DNA of 32,000 nt, taken from the NCBI RefSeq assembly GCF_000195855.1, contig NC_002677.1:990001-1022000 (forward strand). Direction: 5' to 3'. Source of the DNA: Mycobacterium leprae TN (GTDB lineage: Bacteria; Actinomycetota; Actinomycetes; Mycobacteriales; Mycobacteriaceae). Shown one piece after another: positions 18,081 to 30,468 of this stretch. Under the pieces are notes generated by a model. It saw nothing but the letters and a program-made list of their open reading frames with translations. It did not search any database and was not told where the DNA came from. How positions within the stretch are numbered: position 1 is the first letter of the stretch; each line of letters opens with the position of its first letter. The translations under genes and the position numbers were made by a program.

Positions 18081-18928
18081 CCTCACTTTCGATGTCTGAA
18101 CATCACGTTCCTCGTCGCCGCTCTCGTCCGGTTGTGTTGTTGGTTCCGGTACCTGGAACTTCGACCATTCACGATTTGTGGGCTGGAACCAAGCTGCTGG
18201 TTGTTTTCGGTGTGGAGGTGCTTCTGACCTTCTATCCGGGTTGGGTGACGATCGGTTTGGTGGCGGCCCTGGTGTGTGGGGCAGCTTGGATCGCGCGCAT
18301 TCCGCGCGACGTGTTGCCGTCGATGCCACGCTGGTTGTGGATCGTTGTTGTCCTGGGCGGTTTCACAGCTGCACTGGCCGGTGGCAGTCCGGTGGTCTCG
18401 ATGGGCGGGGTCGACATCGGACTCGGCGGGGTGTTGAATTTCCTGCGTATCACAGCTTGGTCGGTGGTGTTACTTGGGCTGGGGGCGATGGTGTCGTGGA
18501 CCACCAATGTCGCCGAAATTGGGCCGGCAATGGCGACTTTGGGTCGTCCGTTGCGGATATTCCGGATCCCAGTTGACGAATGGGCAGTGGCTGTGGCGCT
18601 CGCGCTGCGCGCCTTCCCAATGCTGATCAACGAGTTCCAGGTGCTCTACGCAGCTCGCCGATTGCGTCCCAAACAAATTCTGAACAGCCGTAAGGCTCGT
18701 CGACAGCGACAAGCCAGAGAGCTGATCGACCTGCTTGCCGCTGCCATCACCGTGACGCTGCGGCGCGCCGACGAAATGGGCGACGCGATCACCGCCCGTG
18801 GTGGCATCGGTCAACTATCTGCCTACCCGGCCCGGCCGAAATTGGCGGATTGGGTGACACTGGCGATCACGATCACTACCAGCAGCACCGCGGTGGTGCT
18901 TGAGACAATCTTGCACACCGCTTCCTAG
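18077..18928 (+). CDS. ECF transporter transmembrane T component (CbiQ/EcfT family)
   Basis: Intact 283-aa hydrophobic ORF whose GTG start overlaps the upstream TGA (GTGA at 18077-18080). The EcfT-type coupling helices carry Ala-Arg motifs (YAARRLRP and [13 protein letters not shown]). Confidence 0.85.
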   Translation: MTSLSMSEHHVPRRRSRPVVLLVPVPGTSTIHDLWAGTKLLVVFGVEVLLTFYPGWVTIGLVAALVCGAAWIARIPRDVLPSMPRWLWIVVVLGGFTAALAGGSPVVSMGGVDIGLGGVLNFLRITAWSVVLLGLGAMVSWTTNVAEIGPAMATLGRPLRIFRIPVDEWAVAVALALRAFPMLINEFQVLYAARRLRPKQILNSRKARRQRQARELIDLLAAAITVTLRRADEMGDAITARGGIGQLSAYPARPKLADWVTLAITITTSSTAVVLETILHTAS

Positions 18929-19080
18929 GTGCAGGGTAATGCATTGAGACTGCAGCGGGTACGGTTGGCTACGTCAGGTCAATTGTGACATATCCTGCCG
19001 GTTGCCGACCACGCCAATGAGTTCGACACACGGGCCACAGCACCGCAGCGACCTGTGCGAGTCAGCATCGGACGGGGCAT

Positions 19081-19650
19081 TGTTGGGGTGATTGAGGCCT
19101 TGGGTGGTGGTGTTGTGGTGGGCTGGTGGGGTGTGGGTGGTTGATCTGCGCTAGAAGGTTGCCGTATGTGCCGCCGACGGCCGGATCATCGATGCACTGT
19201 TCACTAACACGATACTGCTGCACCCGGCGGCATGCCTGCTTGCTGGCTGAGGGCCGGTCAACAAGCCGCCGACACCGATACCAGCGGCAGAAATGGTGCA
19301 AGGGATAACATCAGGTGCGAATAGTTATACCGTGCACGGGGACGTGCCTGTTCAGGTGCGGCCACATTGACCACGCCGACACCTCAAGGCCATGACATGC
19401 ACACTAAAACGCCCCTACCCCGCGGCGCTAACAACTATCCTCACACTCACGCCTGCATCGATATCGCCTTCAGCACAGCCCAGGTGCCCAGCCCCTGGCA
19501 TCATCAACATGTAGACCAAGCAGCATCCACCACCGACATGCTTACGTGCGCCGCGCTAATCGTGTCCACTGCGGCAAAGCACACGAAGCCTCATCGAAAG
19601 CAGGCAGTCAGCCACCCACCAACAAAAACCCCGCAACACAGCAAAACACG
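19081..19650 (+). repeat. RLEP dispersed repeat, copy A
   Basis: It is near-identical, in inverted orientation, to 29033-29600. It contains caccgataccagcggcagaa (19271-19290) and other strings I recall as RLEP PCR targets. One end is G/T-rich. No transposase-like ORF is present. The left boundary is fuzzy at 19081-19101, and an A/C-rich flank may extend it past 19650. Confidence 0.93.
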
Positions 19651-19986
19651 TCAACAGGATTCCGGGCTGCCCCCCACGACTACCGAACATATCGGCCAGT
19701 CATAAAACGCAAAAACAGCCATTTCACCCACCACCTATGAAACCAACCGAACAACTCACTGCCACAGACACAAGACAGCAGAGCCCGGGAACCGCACGAT
19801 TTTTGACGCCACTCAGGCCAAGTTGGCAACCACGTGGTAGGGCCTAGATGCTACACCACGTACCTCGGCCCCTGAGCAGCCCGGCCACCTTAGTAGGGGT
19901 CCGGGCCGGTGCCTGGTTGTAGCCAAGGTTGCACATTTAGATGTTTAGGCGGCTTACGGTCGGAAGCGGCGCGCATGTCTAGCAGG

Positions 19987-21177
19987 ATGCCCAATCAACG
20001 GGCCCAACTAGGGTTTACGTTGTCGGTGTTGGTATGACGAAGTTCGGGAAGTTCGGCCCTAGCGAGGGCTGGTACTATCCCTAGATGGCGAGGGAGTCGA
20101 GTTCAACGCGCTCAATGATGCTGGTATCGGCCACCGTGAGGTGCAGCAGGGCTATGTTGGCTAAGTAGCCGGTGACTCGACGTCCGGGCAGCGGGTGCTC
20201 TACGAGGCTGGGCATGACCAGTATGCTGATCGTCAACGTCAACAACTGCTCAACCAGTTCGACGGCGCTTTTTTGTGAGGTACAGGCCATCCGCGTTGGA
20301 GGCTCTAACTACATCATCATCATCATCGCGCTGGGCTTTGAGAATATGCAATCTGGCTCTTTGAATAGTGGTACCCAGGGCCGCGAATCGCCGATGGCCG
20401 AGATCGACGCGTTCGCGATGCCCCGTCACTCCATGGATGTTCGGTGCCGCGGGTCGCAGGCGTATGAGGGTAATATGACATCGCTGCGGAGCACTTCGCC
20501 AAGATAGGCTGCAAAGAACCGGAAGTACTCGGTGAACAACCCGTATTGCGTATTTCCATAGAGTCCTGCACGCCAGACGACATCCTAGCGGCGCTGATGA
20601 TCTCCGAACGCTCACTAAGCTGCAATGCTCACCGACATCGGGTGGTTCGGGCGCGGCAATCCTGGCTTCGGAGTCTTATGTAGACAAGCACGAGCTGGCC
20701 GGCCGAGCGTTGAAGATTGTCGGCCCGGCCATGACGACCGACTTCACATCGACCTTCGACGGTACCGCCAAGAGGCTTAACCGGCTTCGATATGAATGTT
20801 TATGCGGTGCAACAAGTTTATAACCAATCTGGACTTGTCTCCGAAGACTTCCAGGTGATCGAGCTGCACGACTACGTTTCGGCAAACGAGTTACTGTTCT
20901 ATGAAGCCCTAGGCTTGTGTGGCCCAGGTGAGGAGCCCAAGCTGATCGACAACGGTGACACCACTTATGACGGACGCTGGGTGGTGAATTCGTCCAGCGG
21001 CTTGATTTCCAACAGGGCATCCACTGGGGGTGACTGAATTGGGGCAATGCGCCGAACTACCCTGGAAGCTGAGAGGTACTGCCGACAAGCGACACGTTGA
21101 CAACGTGACCGCCGCACTGCAACAACATCGGGCTAGGTGGTGCCGTCGTCGATGCCGATCAGCGGGCCGACCGCTAA
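19987..21177 (+). pseudogene. ltp1: SCP-x-type thiolase / lipid-transfer protein pseudogene
   Basis: MPNQ..VYVVGVGMTKFGKFGPSEGWYYP*MAREAVE..GYVG*VAGDSTSGQRVLYEAGMT..VNVNNCSTSSTALF..ALGFENM, then ..[53 protein letters not shown] and a GLGGAVV end. Several in-frame stops and frameshifts are visible. Confidence 0.8.
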
Positions 21178-21304
21178 GCGCGATCGTAGCTAGGCTGTTT
21201 GTGCTGCGATCTGCCGCACCCGGTTCCAGTGCAGCGTGGGCTAAATCGACGCTAACGCGAAAATGAGCGATTAGACCTCGCGCTAACGTCAATGTCGGCA
21301 ACAC

Positions 21305-21975
21305 TCACACCGCTAGCGACCAAGGTTCGGCTAGGTCACCACCCGGATCGCCCGGGTTGCCTAGTTCGACGGTGGTCGCCGCGGCGCTTGCTGATTCGAT
21401 TGCCGCCGAGATTATCCTGGCGGATTCGCGGCGGGCCAAGATCCGCACTCGCGAGTCAAGATTGATCCCGATGCTGGCGAAATAGCGCAGCATCTCGGGG
21501 TCGGCATCAGAGATGCGGGTTTACCGTCTTGACGTCTCCGTGGCTGCATGCCCAAGTTGACGTGGGGGCGGCCCCCCGTTGGCACATGCCTATCGGAGGT
21601 CGTTATCGGGCCACTGTGCGGGGCGTGCTGCGGGAACCCTAGCTTGGGTCGATGCGTTTTACCAGGCGATCTGATACTGTGTGCTCGAACACTTCAACCT
21701 CGTCGTGCACCTTGTCCCATGTGTAGCTAAGCTCACTGACTAGGAAGATCTCCAGCAGCTGATGCCGGCGGATCGTAGCCAGCGCTGCCTCGGTTCGGTC
21801 AAGGTCACGGTTCCAATACTTGACATACTTGATCACTCCACTGTTCGGTCAGCTTGTGGTGTAGAATTTGAAGCCGTGCTGGCCGGTACGCTGTTTTCTT
21901 GGCCAGCATCTGGGTGCTGGCCTTTTCCAGCGACCACTCTTGTCCAGTCCCGATGACTTTAACAATATGGTTCAT
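21305..21975 (-). pseudogene. sirR: DtxR/SirR-family metal-dependent regulator pseudogene
   Basis: Minus-strand fragments in different frames: VKVIGTGQEWSLEKASTQMLAKK.. (HTH region), ALATIRRHQLLEIFLVSELSYTWDKVHDEVEVFEHTVSDRLVKRID (dimerisation/metal site) and MLRYFASIGINLDSRVRILARRESARIISAAIES (C-terminal SH3-like domain). Confidence 0.75.
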
Positions 21976-22158
21976 GCACAACTACGGTTAGACGGCCCAG
22001 GCTCGTTGTTAGCTCTCACAGCGAAAATGTTTAGGCAACCTGGGGTAGGGAACTGACTGCTTGGGCGTCCCGCCCGGCAACCCTTGGTACAGCACGGATT
22101 AACTCGCAATTTGGATCTTGCACACCGGCGGATCATGGGGAGCCGTAGGCTTGCGATC

Positions 22159-23130
22159 GTGCAGCGGTGGCGGGGACAAGACGAGATCCCCACGGATTGG
22201 GGCAGATGCGTGCTTACTATCGGGGTGTTCGATGGTGTGCACCGCGGGCACACCGAGCTTATCGCACACACGGTGCAAACTGGCCGCGCACGCAACGTGC
22301 CTACCGTGTTGATGACGTTCGACCCGCACCCGATGGAAGTGGTCTATCCAGGCAGCCACCCGGCGCAGCTGACCACGTTGACCCGACGAGCTGAACTCAT
22401 CGAGGAGTTGGGCATCGACGTGTTCCTGGTGATGCCGTTCACGACCGATTTCATGAAACTCACCCCGGACCGCTACGTCCACGAGTTGCTGGTTGAACAC
22501 CTGCACGTGGTGGAGGTCGTGGTGGGGGAGAACTTCACCTTCGGCAAGAAAGCGGCCGGCAACGTCATCATGTTGCGTCGGGCCGGGCAGCGGTTTGGGT
22601 TTGCGGTCGGGTCGATGTCACTGTTGTCCGAACATCGCGGTAATGAGACCGTGGCGTTCTCATCGACCTACATCCGGTCCTGTGTGGACGCCGGTGACAT
22701 GATGGCGGCGACCGAAGCGCTGGGCCGCCCACACCGCGTCGAGGGGATGGTGGTCCGCGGCCAAGGCCGAGGCACTGAGCTTGGCTTTCCAACCGCGAAT
22801 GTGGCTTCGCCGATGTATTCGGCCACCCCAGCCGACGGTGTCTATGCCGCGTGGTTCACCGTGCTTGGGCACGGTCCGGTGACTGGTACCGTGGTCCCAG
22901 GTGAATGCTATCAGGCCGCAGTGTCTGTCGGGACCAATCCGACTTTTTCCGGACGCACCCGCACCGTAGAGGCGTTCGTTCTCGACGCCGTCGCCGACCT
23001 GTATGGACAGCATGTAGCGCTGGACTTCGTTGGGCGCATTCGTGGGCAACGAAAATTTGACTCGGTGGCCGATTTAGTCGCCGAGATGGAGAAGGACATT
23101 GACCGGGCGCGGGCCCTGCTGGCTGATTGA
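22159..23130 (+). CDS. ribF: bifunctional riboflavin kinase / FMN adenylyltransferase
   Basis: This is ORF 22084..23130. The start is probably GTG 22159 (VQRWRGQDEIPTDW...) or ATG 22135. The adenylyltransferase motif is GVFDGVHRGH and the kinase domain reads GRGTELGFPTANV..GTNPTF..VEAFVLD. Confidence 0.92.
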   Translation: MQRWRGQDEIPTDWGRCVLTIGVFDGVHRGHTELIAHTVQTGRARNVPTVLMTFDPHPMEVVYPGSHPAQLTTLTRRAELIEELGIDVFLVMPFTTDFMKLTPDRYVHELLVEHLHVVEVVVGENFTFGKKAAGNVIMLRRAGQRFGFAVGSMSLLSEHRGNETVAFSSTYIRSCVDAGDMMAATEALGRPHRVEGMVVRGQGRGTELGFPTANVASPMYSATPADGVYAAWFTVLGHGPVTGTVVPGECYQAAVSVGTNPTFSGRTRTVEAFVLDAVADLYGQHVALDFVGRIRGQRKFDSVADLVAEMEKDIDRARALLAD

Positions 23131-23247
23131 CTGGCCTTAGTTCGGCGAGCTGCTAAACTGCCGGACGACATCGGTGCGTGCTGCGGTTCGCGGTGGCCGC
23201 GCAGCAGTACTGTCCATGATCGCGGACCAATTGATGGAGATGTTTTC

Positions 23248-23517
23248 GTGGCGCTGACAAGCGAGCAGAAAAAAGAAATTTTGAGTTCCTACGGCCTGCA
23301 TGCCACCGATACCGGGTCCCCGGAGGCGCAAATCGCGTTGTTGACCAAGCGGATTGCGGACCTGACTGAGCACCTCAAGGTACACAAACACGATCATCAC
23401 TCGCGGCGCGGGTTGCTGCTGCTGGTCGGGCGCCGGCGGCGGCTGATCAAGTACCTATCGCTGATCGATGTGCAGCGTTATCGCTCGCTGATCGAGCGGC
23501 TTGGTCTGCGCCGCTGA
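23248..23517 (+). CDS. rpsO: 30S ribosomal protein S15
   Basis: Intact 89-aa ORF with a GTG start and GGAGA 9 nt upstream. The sequence [52 protein letters not shown] is canonical S15. Confidence 0.97.
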   Translation: MALTSEQKKEILSSYGLHATDTGSPEAQIALLTKRIADLTEHLKVHKHDHHSRRGLLLLVGRRRRLIKYLSLIDVQRYRSLIERLGLRR

Positions 23518-23530
23518 CCCGCGGTGCGGG
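23518..23530 (+). terminator. weak hairpin immediately after the rpsO stop
   Basis: cccgc-ggt-gcggg forms a 5-bp GC stem with a 3-nt loop, and a T-rich stretch (ctatttat) appears only ~15 nt later. It is marginal and could equally be an attenuator or processing element in the rpsO-gpsI leader. Confidence 0.25.
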
Positions 23531-23838
23531 GGATCGGTTCCTATTTATGTAGCGTTAGTGACCCGTGTAGAGTGAGGTAGTTCTGGGCCGGTTCGGTCCA
23601 AGCAAGTGGTGTGGTTCTCGCAAATCCGCGTGTTCCGCTCCAGTGTGTCACTGTGTAAGTCCGAGGGCGCTGCTCTGTCTGTATCGGGCGGTCTTCGGTA
23701 GTGGCTGTCGGGCTCTCCGGATCTGGAGCAGGTCGGCCGCTTCGATCGATGGCCGTAGTCGTATTCAGACTGTGCTCTCCGGGATTGCGTGCGTGGCGCC
23801 GAAACAGATTAATAACGAGAGAGGCTGTGCGGACGGTT

Positions 23839-26137
<2,299 letters not shown>

Positions 26138-26160
<23 letters not shown>

Positions 26161-27523
26161 CCCCGGAGCTAAGGGTAAGGGTGCCTTGCGGCGGAGCAAG
26201 CAGGGCGCCGAGGGGAAGGCGGAAAAGAAGGCCGCACGATCGGCTGGAGTGTGTCGCACCACACTGCCAGGCGGTCTTCGTGTGGTCACCGAACACTTAC
26301 CCGCGGTGCGCTCGGCGTCTGTCGGGGTCTGGGTGGGTGTCGGATCCCGTGATGAGGGTGCCACCGTGGCCGGGGCGGCGCACTTCCTTGAGCATCTGCT
26401 GTTCAAATCGACATCGACACGCACGGCCATGGATATTGCGCAGGCTATAGACGCTGTCGGTGGGGAGCTGAACGCGTTCACCGCCAAGGAGCACACCTGT
26501 TACTACGCACACGTGCTTGACAGCGACTTGGAACTGGCCGTCGACCTGGTCGCCGATGTCGTACTCAATGGTCGTTGCGCCGTTGACGATGTTGAGTTGG
26601 AACGTGACGTTGTGCTTGAGGAGATCGCGATGCGTGACGATGATCCCGAGGATGCGCTGGGTGACATGTTCTTAGCGGCGTTGTTCGGTGACCACCCGGT
26701 GGGGCGTCCAGTGATCGGCACTATGGAATCCGTGTCGGCGATGACGCGGACCCAACTGCACTCCTTTCATGTGCGGCGTTACACACCGGAACGGATGGTC
26801 GTTGCGGTGGCCGGAAACGTCGACCACGATGAGATGGTCGCGTTGGTGCGTGAGCATTTTGGGTCGCGTTTGATTCGCGGGCGCCAGTCAGCACCGCCGC
26901 GCAAGAGCACTGGAAGAATCAACGGCGGCCCCGCATTGACGCTGGGCAAGCGGGACGCCGAGCAGACCCACGTGTTGTTGGGGGTACGCACTCCTGGCCG
27001 CAGTTGGGAACATCGTTGGGCACTGTCGGTGTTGCACACTGCACTGGGCGGAGGCCTGAGCTCTCGTCTATTCCAAGAGATTCGCGAGACCCGCGGACTG
27101 GCCTACTCAGTGTATTCCGCGCTGGACATCTTCGCCGATAGTGGTGCGCTGTCCGTGTATGCTGCGTGTCTTCCTGGGCGTTTCGCCGACGTAATGCAGG
27201 TAATCAGCGAGGTGCTTGCGTCGGTGGCGGGTGATGGCATCACCGAAGCGGAGTGCCGTATTGCCAAGGGCTCTTTGCGCGGAGGGATCATCCTGGGATT
27301 GGAGGATTCCAATTCTTGGATGAGCCGGCTTGGTCGCAGCGAATTGAACTACGGCAAGTACCGCGGTATCGAGCATACCTTGCAGCAAATCGATGAGGTC
27401 ACCGTCGAGCAGGTCAACGCGCTTGCTCACCAGCTGTTGAACAAGCGCTACGGTGCCGCTGTTCTGGGTCCGTATGCGTCGAAAAAAACTCTGCCACGAC
27501 AACTTCGGATAATGGTAAATTAA
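26138..27523 (+). CDS. pepR: M16-family zinc protease
   Basis: ORF 25988..27523 trimmed to the ATG at 26138 (MLRRPVADP..), which overlaps the gpsI 3' end by 23 nt. TTG 26186 and GTG 26249 are alternative starts. The inverted zinc motif is HFLEHLLFK, and the core reads [31 protein letters not shown]. Confidence 0.9.
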
Positions 27524-27544
27524 CTGGATGGTACTGGTTTTCTG

Positions 27545-28551
27545 AGACATCGCAGTGAGGAACATTGTGAGCGCTCCAATGTTCGGTGCCCTGGTCTCTC
27601 CACGTTGGCCGCGGCGGTGTCCAATGTGGACGGGCTCGGCTTCATTCCCGCCGGCTACCTGAGTTTGGAGTGGTTTGCTGACTAAATCACCACCAGGCGC
27701 ACCGGCCACCACCGGTCCTCTTGGTGTGAACTTTTTGTGCCTCAACCTAGTGTTGCCGACTTGGTGTAGCTCGAGTAGCTACGCAGAAGAATTGGAGGAG
27801 GTCGCCGAGCATTACTAGGTGGAAGTCAGTCAGCCCCATGTCGGTGACAACGACTACTGAGAGCGCAAGTTCGAGGTGGTGGCCGGCGTACGCCCAGAGT
27901 TGGTGTCGTTCACGTTCGGTGTGCCATTCCCGGATGTCATCCGGCAGTGGGACGCCCCTGGTACTGTTGGTGATGGTTGCCGGTGACGTAGGGGCCCTAC
28001 GGGGCGGGAGTGGCTGACTCCGCCGGCGCAGACAGCCTGGTGGTCCAGAATCCCGGTGTCGGCGGGAACCGTGGCATGCTCGTGGTGGACATGGAGCCCA
28101 GTGCCGAGCCACTACTCGAGCGAATCGATAGCGCACACGATGTACCGATCACCGCAGCAGACTGCCTGGGCGCCGTCGACGTCACTGGCATATTGCGCAG
28201 GGGAACGGTGGGCCGGCAGGTCGCTACCGCGCTGTTGAGCGACGAAGCTGGCACCAGCTTTGCGCTAAATCATCCGCTGTTCGATAAAACTGTCGTGACG
28301 TGAGTGTTCTTCGATAAGTATGCGCGTTGGTCTGGTGAATGAATTCACCCTATTGCTGGATCACGTGGCGTTAGAGTATTCCCCAGTAAACCAGATGACG
28401 TCACCCATACGGCGCCCGCGTTCGAATGGGATGATCCAAACAGGGCAAACCTGTGGACAGGAACGGTGTACAGGGAGACATGCTCTGGGCTAGTGGCTGA
28501 CATCAGCGCTTCGCTGGCTTCCGACGTGCGGTCAGCCGTAGCGCTACTGTG
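27545..28551 (+). pseudogene. nitronate monooxygenase (2-nitropropane dioxygenase-like) pseudogene
   Basis: Fragments in shifting frames: SAPMFGALVSP then LAAAVSNVDGLGFIPAGYL, then GADSLVVQNPGVGGNRGM (the GADALVVQG-EAGGH motif region), then a C-terminal piece ..NLWTGTVYRE..VADISASLASDVRSAVALL followed by a stop near 28551. Confidence 0.65.
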
Positions 28552-29032
28552 AAAATTATTGCGCAGCTTGGTTGTGGCGCTCGCTAGGACAGAAACTAGG
28601 ACGAGGAAGAATCTGTGCCATCAATGTTGTGCCGGTGGGTGGCTGTTGGCTACTGTGCCAGTGCTAGCCTCCTGCGGACAAGTCCAGTTCACGGTGTGCT
28701 CGACGTTAAGGCCTCCCCAACGGGGCGGGTGCTGCAGAAAGTTGGGCACGACGAAATTTTATTTGCAGCAAGACATTTTTCACTGATCTGGCGGCGCTGC
28801 TCCCTTACTCTTCGGTGACGGTACCGCAGGCTGGCGACATCATGCCGTTGGCGCACCTGTGCATGGCCGCGCTGTAGCTTAGGGTTAGTTCGTTCCATCG
28901 TCGGCGATTGCACCCGGCTGGACCGGTGGGAGGTCGACCTCAACATGGCGCTTCCGGGTGATCTGCTCGACATCAGCACACCGTGGAAACTGGGCTGTAG
29001 TCCAATGCTTCCCTTGAACTGCAGGTTGCTGT

Positions 29033-29600
29033 CGTGTTTTGCTGTGTTGCGGGGTTTTTGTTGGTGGGTGGCTGACTGCCTGCTTTCGATGAGGCTTCGT
29101 GTGCTTTGCCGCAGTGGACACGATTAGCGCGGCGCACGTAAGCATGTCGGTGGTGGGTGCTGCTTGGTCTACATGTTGATGATGCCAGGGGCTGGGCACC
29201 TGGGCTGTGCTGAAGGCGATATCGATGCAGGCGTGGGTGTGAGGATAGTTGTTAGCGCCGCGGGGTAGGGGCGTTTTAGTGTGCATGTCATGGCCTTGAG
29301 GTGTCGGCGTGGTCAATGTGGCCGCACCTGAACAGGCACGTCCCCGTGCACGGTATAACTATTCGCACCTGATGTTATCCCTTGCACCATTTCTGCCGCT
29401 GGTATCGGTGTCGGCGGCTTGTTGACCGGCCCTCAGCCAGCAAGCAGGCATGCCGCCGGGTGCAGCAGTATCGTGTTAGTGAACAGTGCATCGATGATCC
29501 GGCCGTCGGCGGCACATACGGCAACCTTCTAGCGCAGATCAACCACCCACACCCCACCACAACACCACCACCCAAACCAAACCCAACATCAACAACACCC
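29033..29600 (-). repeat. RLEP dispersed repeat, copy B (inverted relative to copy A)
   Basis: It is the reverse complement of copy A, except for the differences listed in the findings. It contains tgcatgtcatggccttgagg (29283-29302) and gcagcagtatcgtgttagtgaacagtgcatcgatgatccggccgtcggcg (29462-29511), which I recall as RLEP PCR and probe targets. Confidence 0.93.
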
Positions 29601-29689
29601 TACGGTCGTAGCAAGGAGCGATAACTGCCCTGCTTGAAAGGTCGGGGTCGTCGCACCAGTCGCCCACGGTGTCACCCGCGAGCCGAGCG

Positions 29690-30442
29690 CTACTTGCGGC
29701 GCACCGTGCGTTGCACGCCGCGCATCTTGCCGGCGTTGGGCAGCGGTCCCTTCGGTATAAGACTCGCACCAGCTCGCGATCCCAGTGCTGCCAGCCGCGA
29801 TTCCAGTATGTCGACTTGTTTTACGCTGATATTGGCAGGCAAGCGGGCGAGGTGGCGCTCCAACTTGACCAGCGCAACCTCACCGTCGCCGTTGCCGACT
29901 ATGATGTCGTAGATCGGTACGTCGCCGACCAAGCGTGCGGTGCGCTTCTTCTCCTGCGCTAACAGCGGTTTGACTCGGGCAGCCGATCCCTCGGCGACGA
30001 AGATTACGCCAGGACGGCCGATCACCCGATGCACCGCGTCAAAGTGGCCATTAGCGGCCACACCCGGGCTCACCCGCCACTTGCCACGCAGATTGTCCAG
30101 GGCCCATGCCGCTCCGCCGGTTTGGCCTTCGGCTTTGTGGTAGACCGATTGCTGGGTCCGTCGACCGAAGATGATGAACGCCACCAACGCGCCGAGCACC
30201 ACGCCGAGCAGGATCAAGGTGATCATGGTCAATCCGCCGACTAGAACTCCTGCCGTCACCGAGGCGCTCACCATCAAGGAGAAGGCGGCAATCATGTACG
30301 GTATCAGTCGCTTGTCTTCCGTGCGTTGAATCGTGAACGCCTGCCACAACTGAAGGCGGCGTTGTCGAGACGCGGCCTTACGGGCAGCTTTCGCCTCCGC
30401 TCTCGCGGCCTTGTGCGCAGCGGCATTTCGGGGTTTAGCCAT
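29690..30442 (-). CDS. DUF4191-type conserved membrane protein (Rv2219-like)
   Basis: ORF 29690..30451 trimmed to the ATG at 30442 (MAKPRNAAAHKAARAEAKAARKAASRQRR..). A basic N-terminus is followed by two hydrophobic helices and a conserved soluble C-terminal domain. It lies directly downstream of lipA, as in M. tuberculosis. Confidence 0.85.
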   Translation of the reverse strand: MAKPRNAAAHKAARAEAKAARKAASRQRRLQLWQAFTIQRTEDKRLIPYMIAAFSLMVSASVTAGVLVGGLTMITLILLGVVLGALVAFIIFGRRTQQSVYHKAEGQTGGAAWALDNLRGKWRVSPGVAANGHFDAVHRVIGRPGVIFVAEGSAARVKPLLAQEKKRTARLVGDVPIYDIIVGNGDGEVALVKLERHLARLPANISVKQVDILESRLAALGSRAGASLIPKGPLPNAGKMRGVQRTVRRK

Positions 30443-30468
30443 AGTTATCAAGAATACGTAGGTGCGGC

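Noticed and set aside
19062-19705. ORFs inside RLEP (112/143 aa MTTPTPQGHDMHTK... and 79/80 aa MHHFCRWYRC...), present in both copies, as possible transposase or element-encoded proteins
   Set aside because: There is no DDE, serine or tyrosine recombinase motif. The sequences are His/Pro/Thr- or Cys/Arg-rich and low in complexity. The ORFs run out of the repeat into unrelated flanks with different C-termini in the two copies. RLEP is known as a non-autonomous dispersed repeat.
23701-23838. N-terminal extensions of several listed ORFs: gpsI (23701), pepR (25988), lipA (up to 31617), cysE (up to 6476), encapsulin (8879), ribF (22084)
   Set aside because: In each case the conserved protein begins at a later start that aligns with the orthologue N-termini I recall. 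The extensions are Arg-rich, look like read-through and often overlap the upstream gene.
28552-29032. Possible coding remnant (for example alanine dehydrogenase, which I expected from M. tuberculosis synteny) between the NMO pseudogene and RLEP copy B
   Set aside because: I could not recognise any Ald-like or other family peptide in any of the six frames, so it is left unassigned. It may be degraded beyond recognition or part of a variable RLEP flank.
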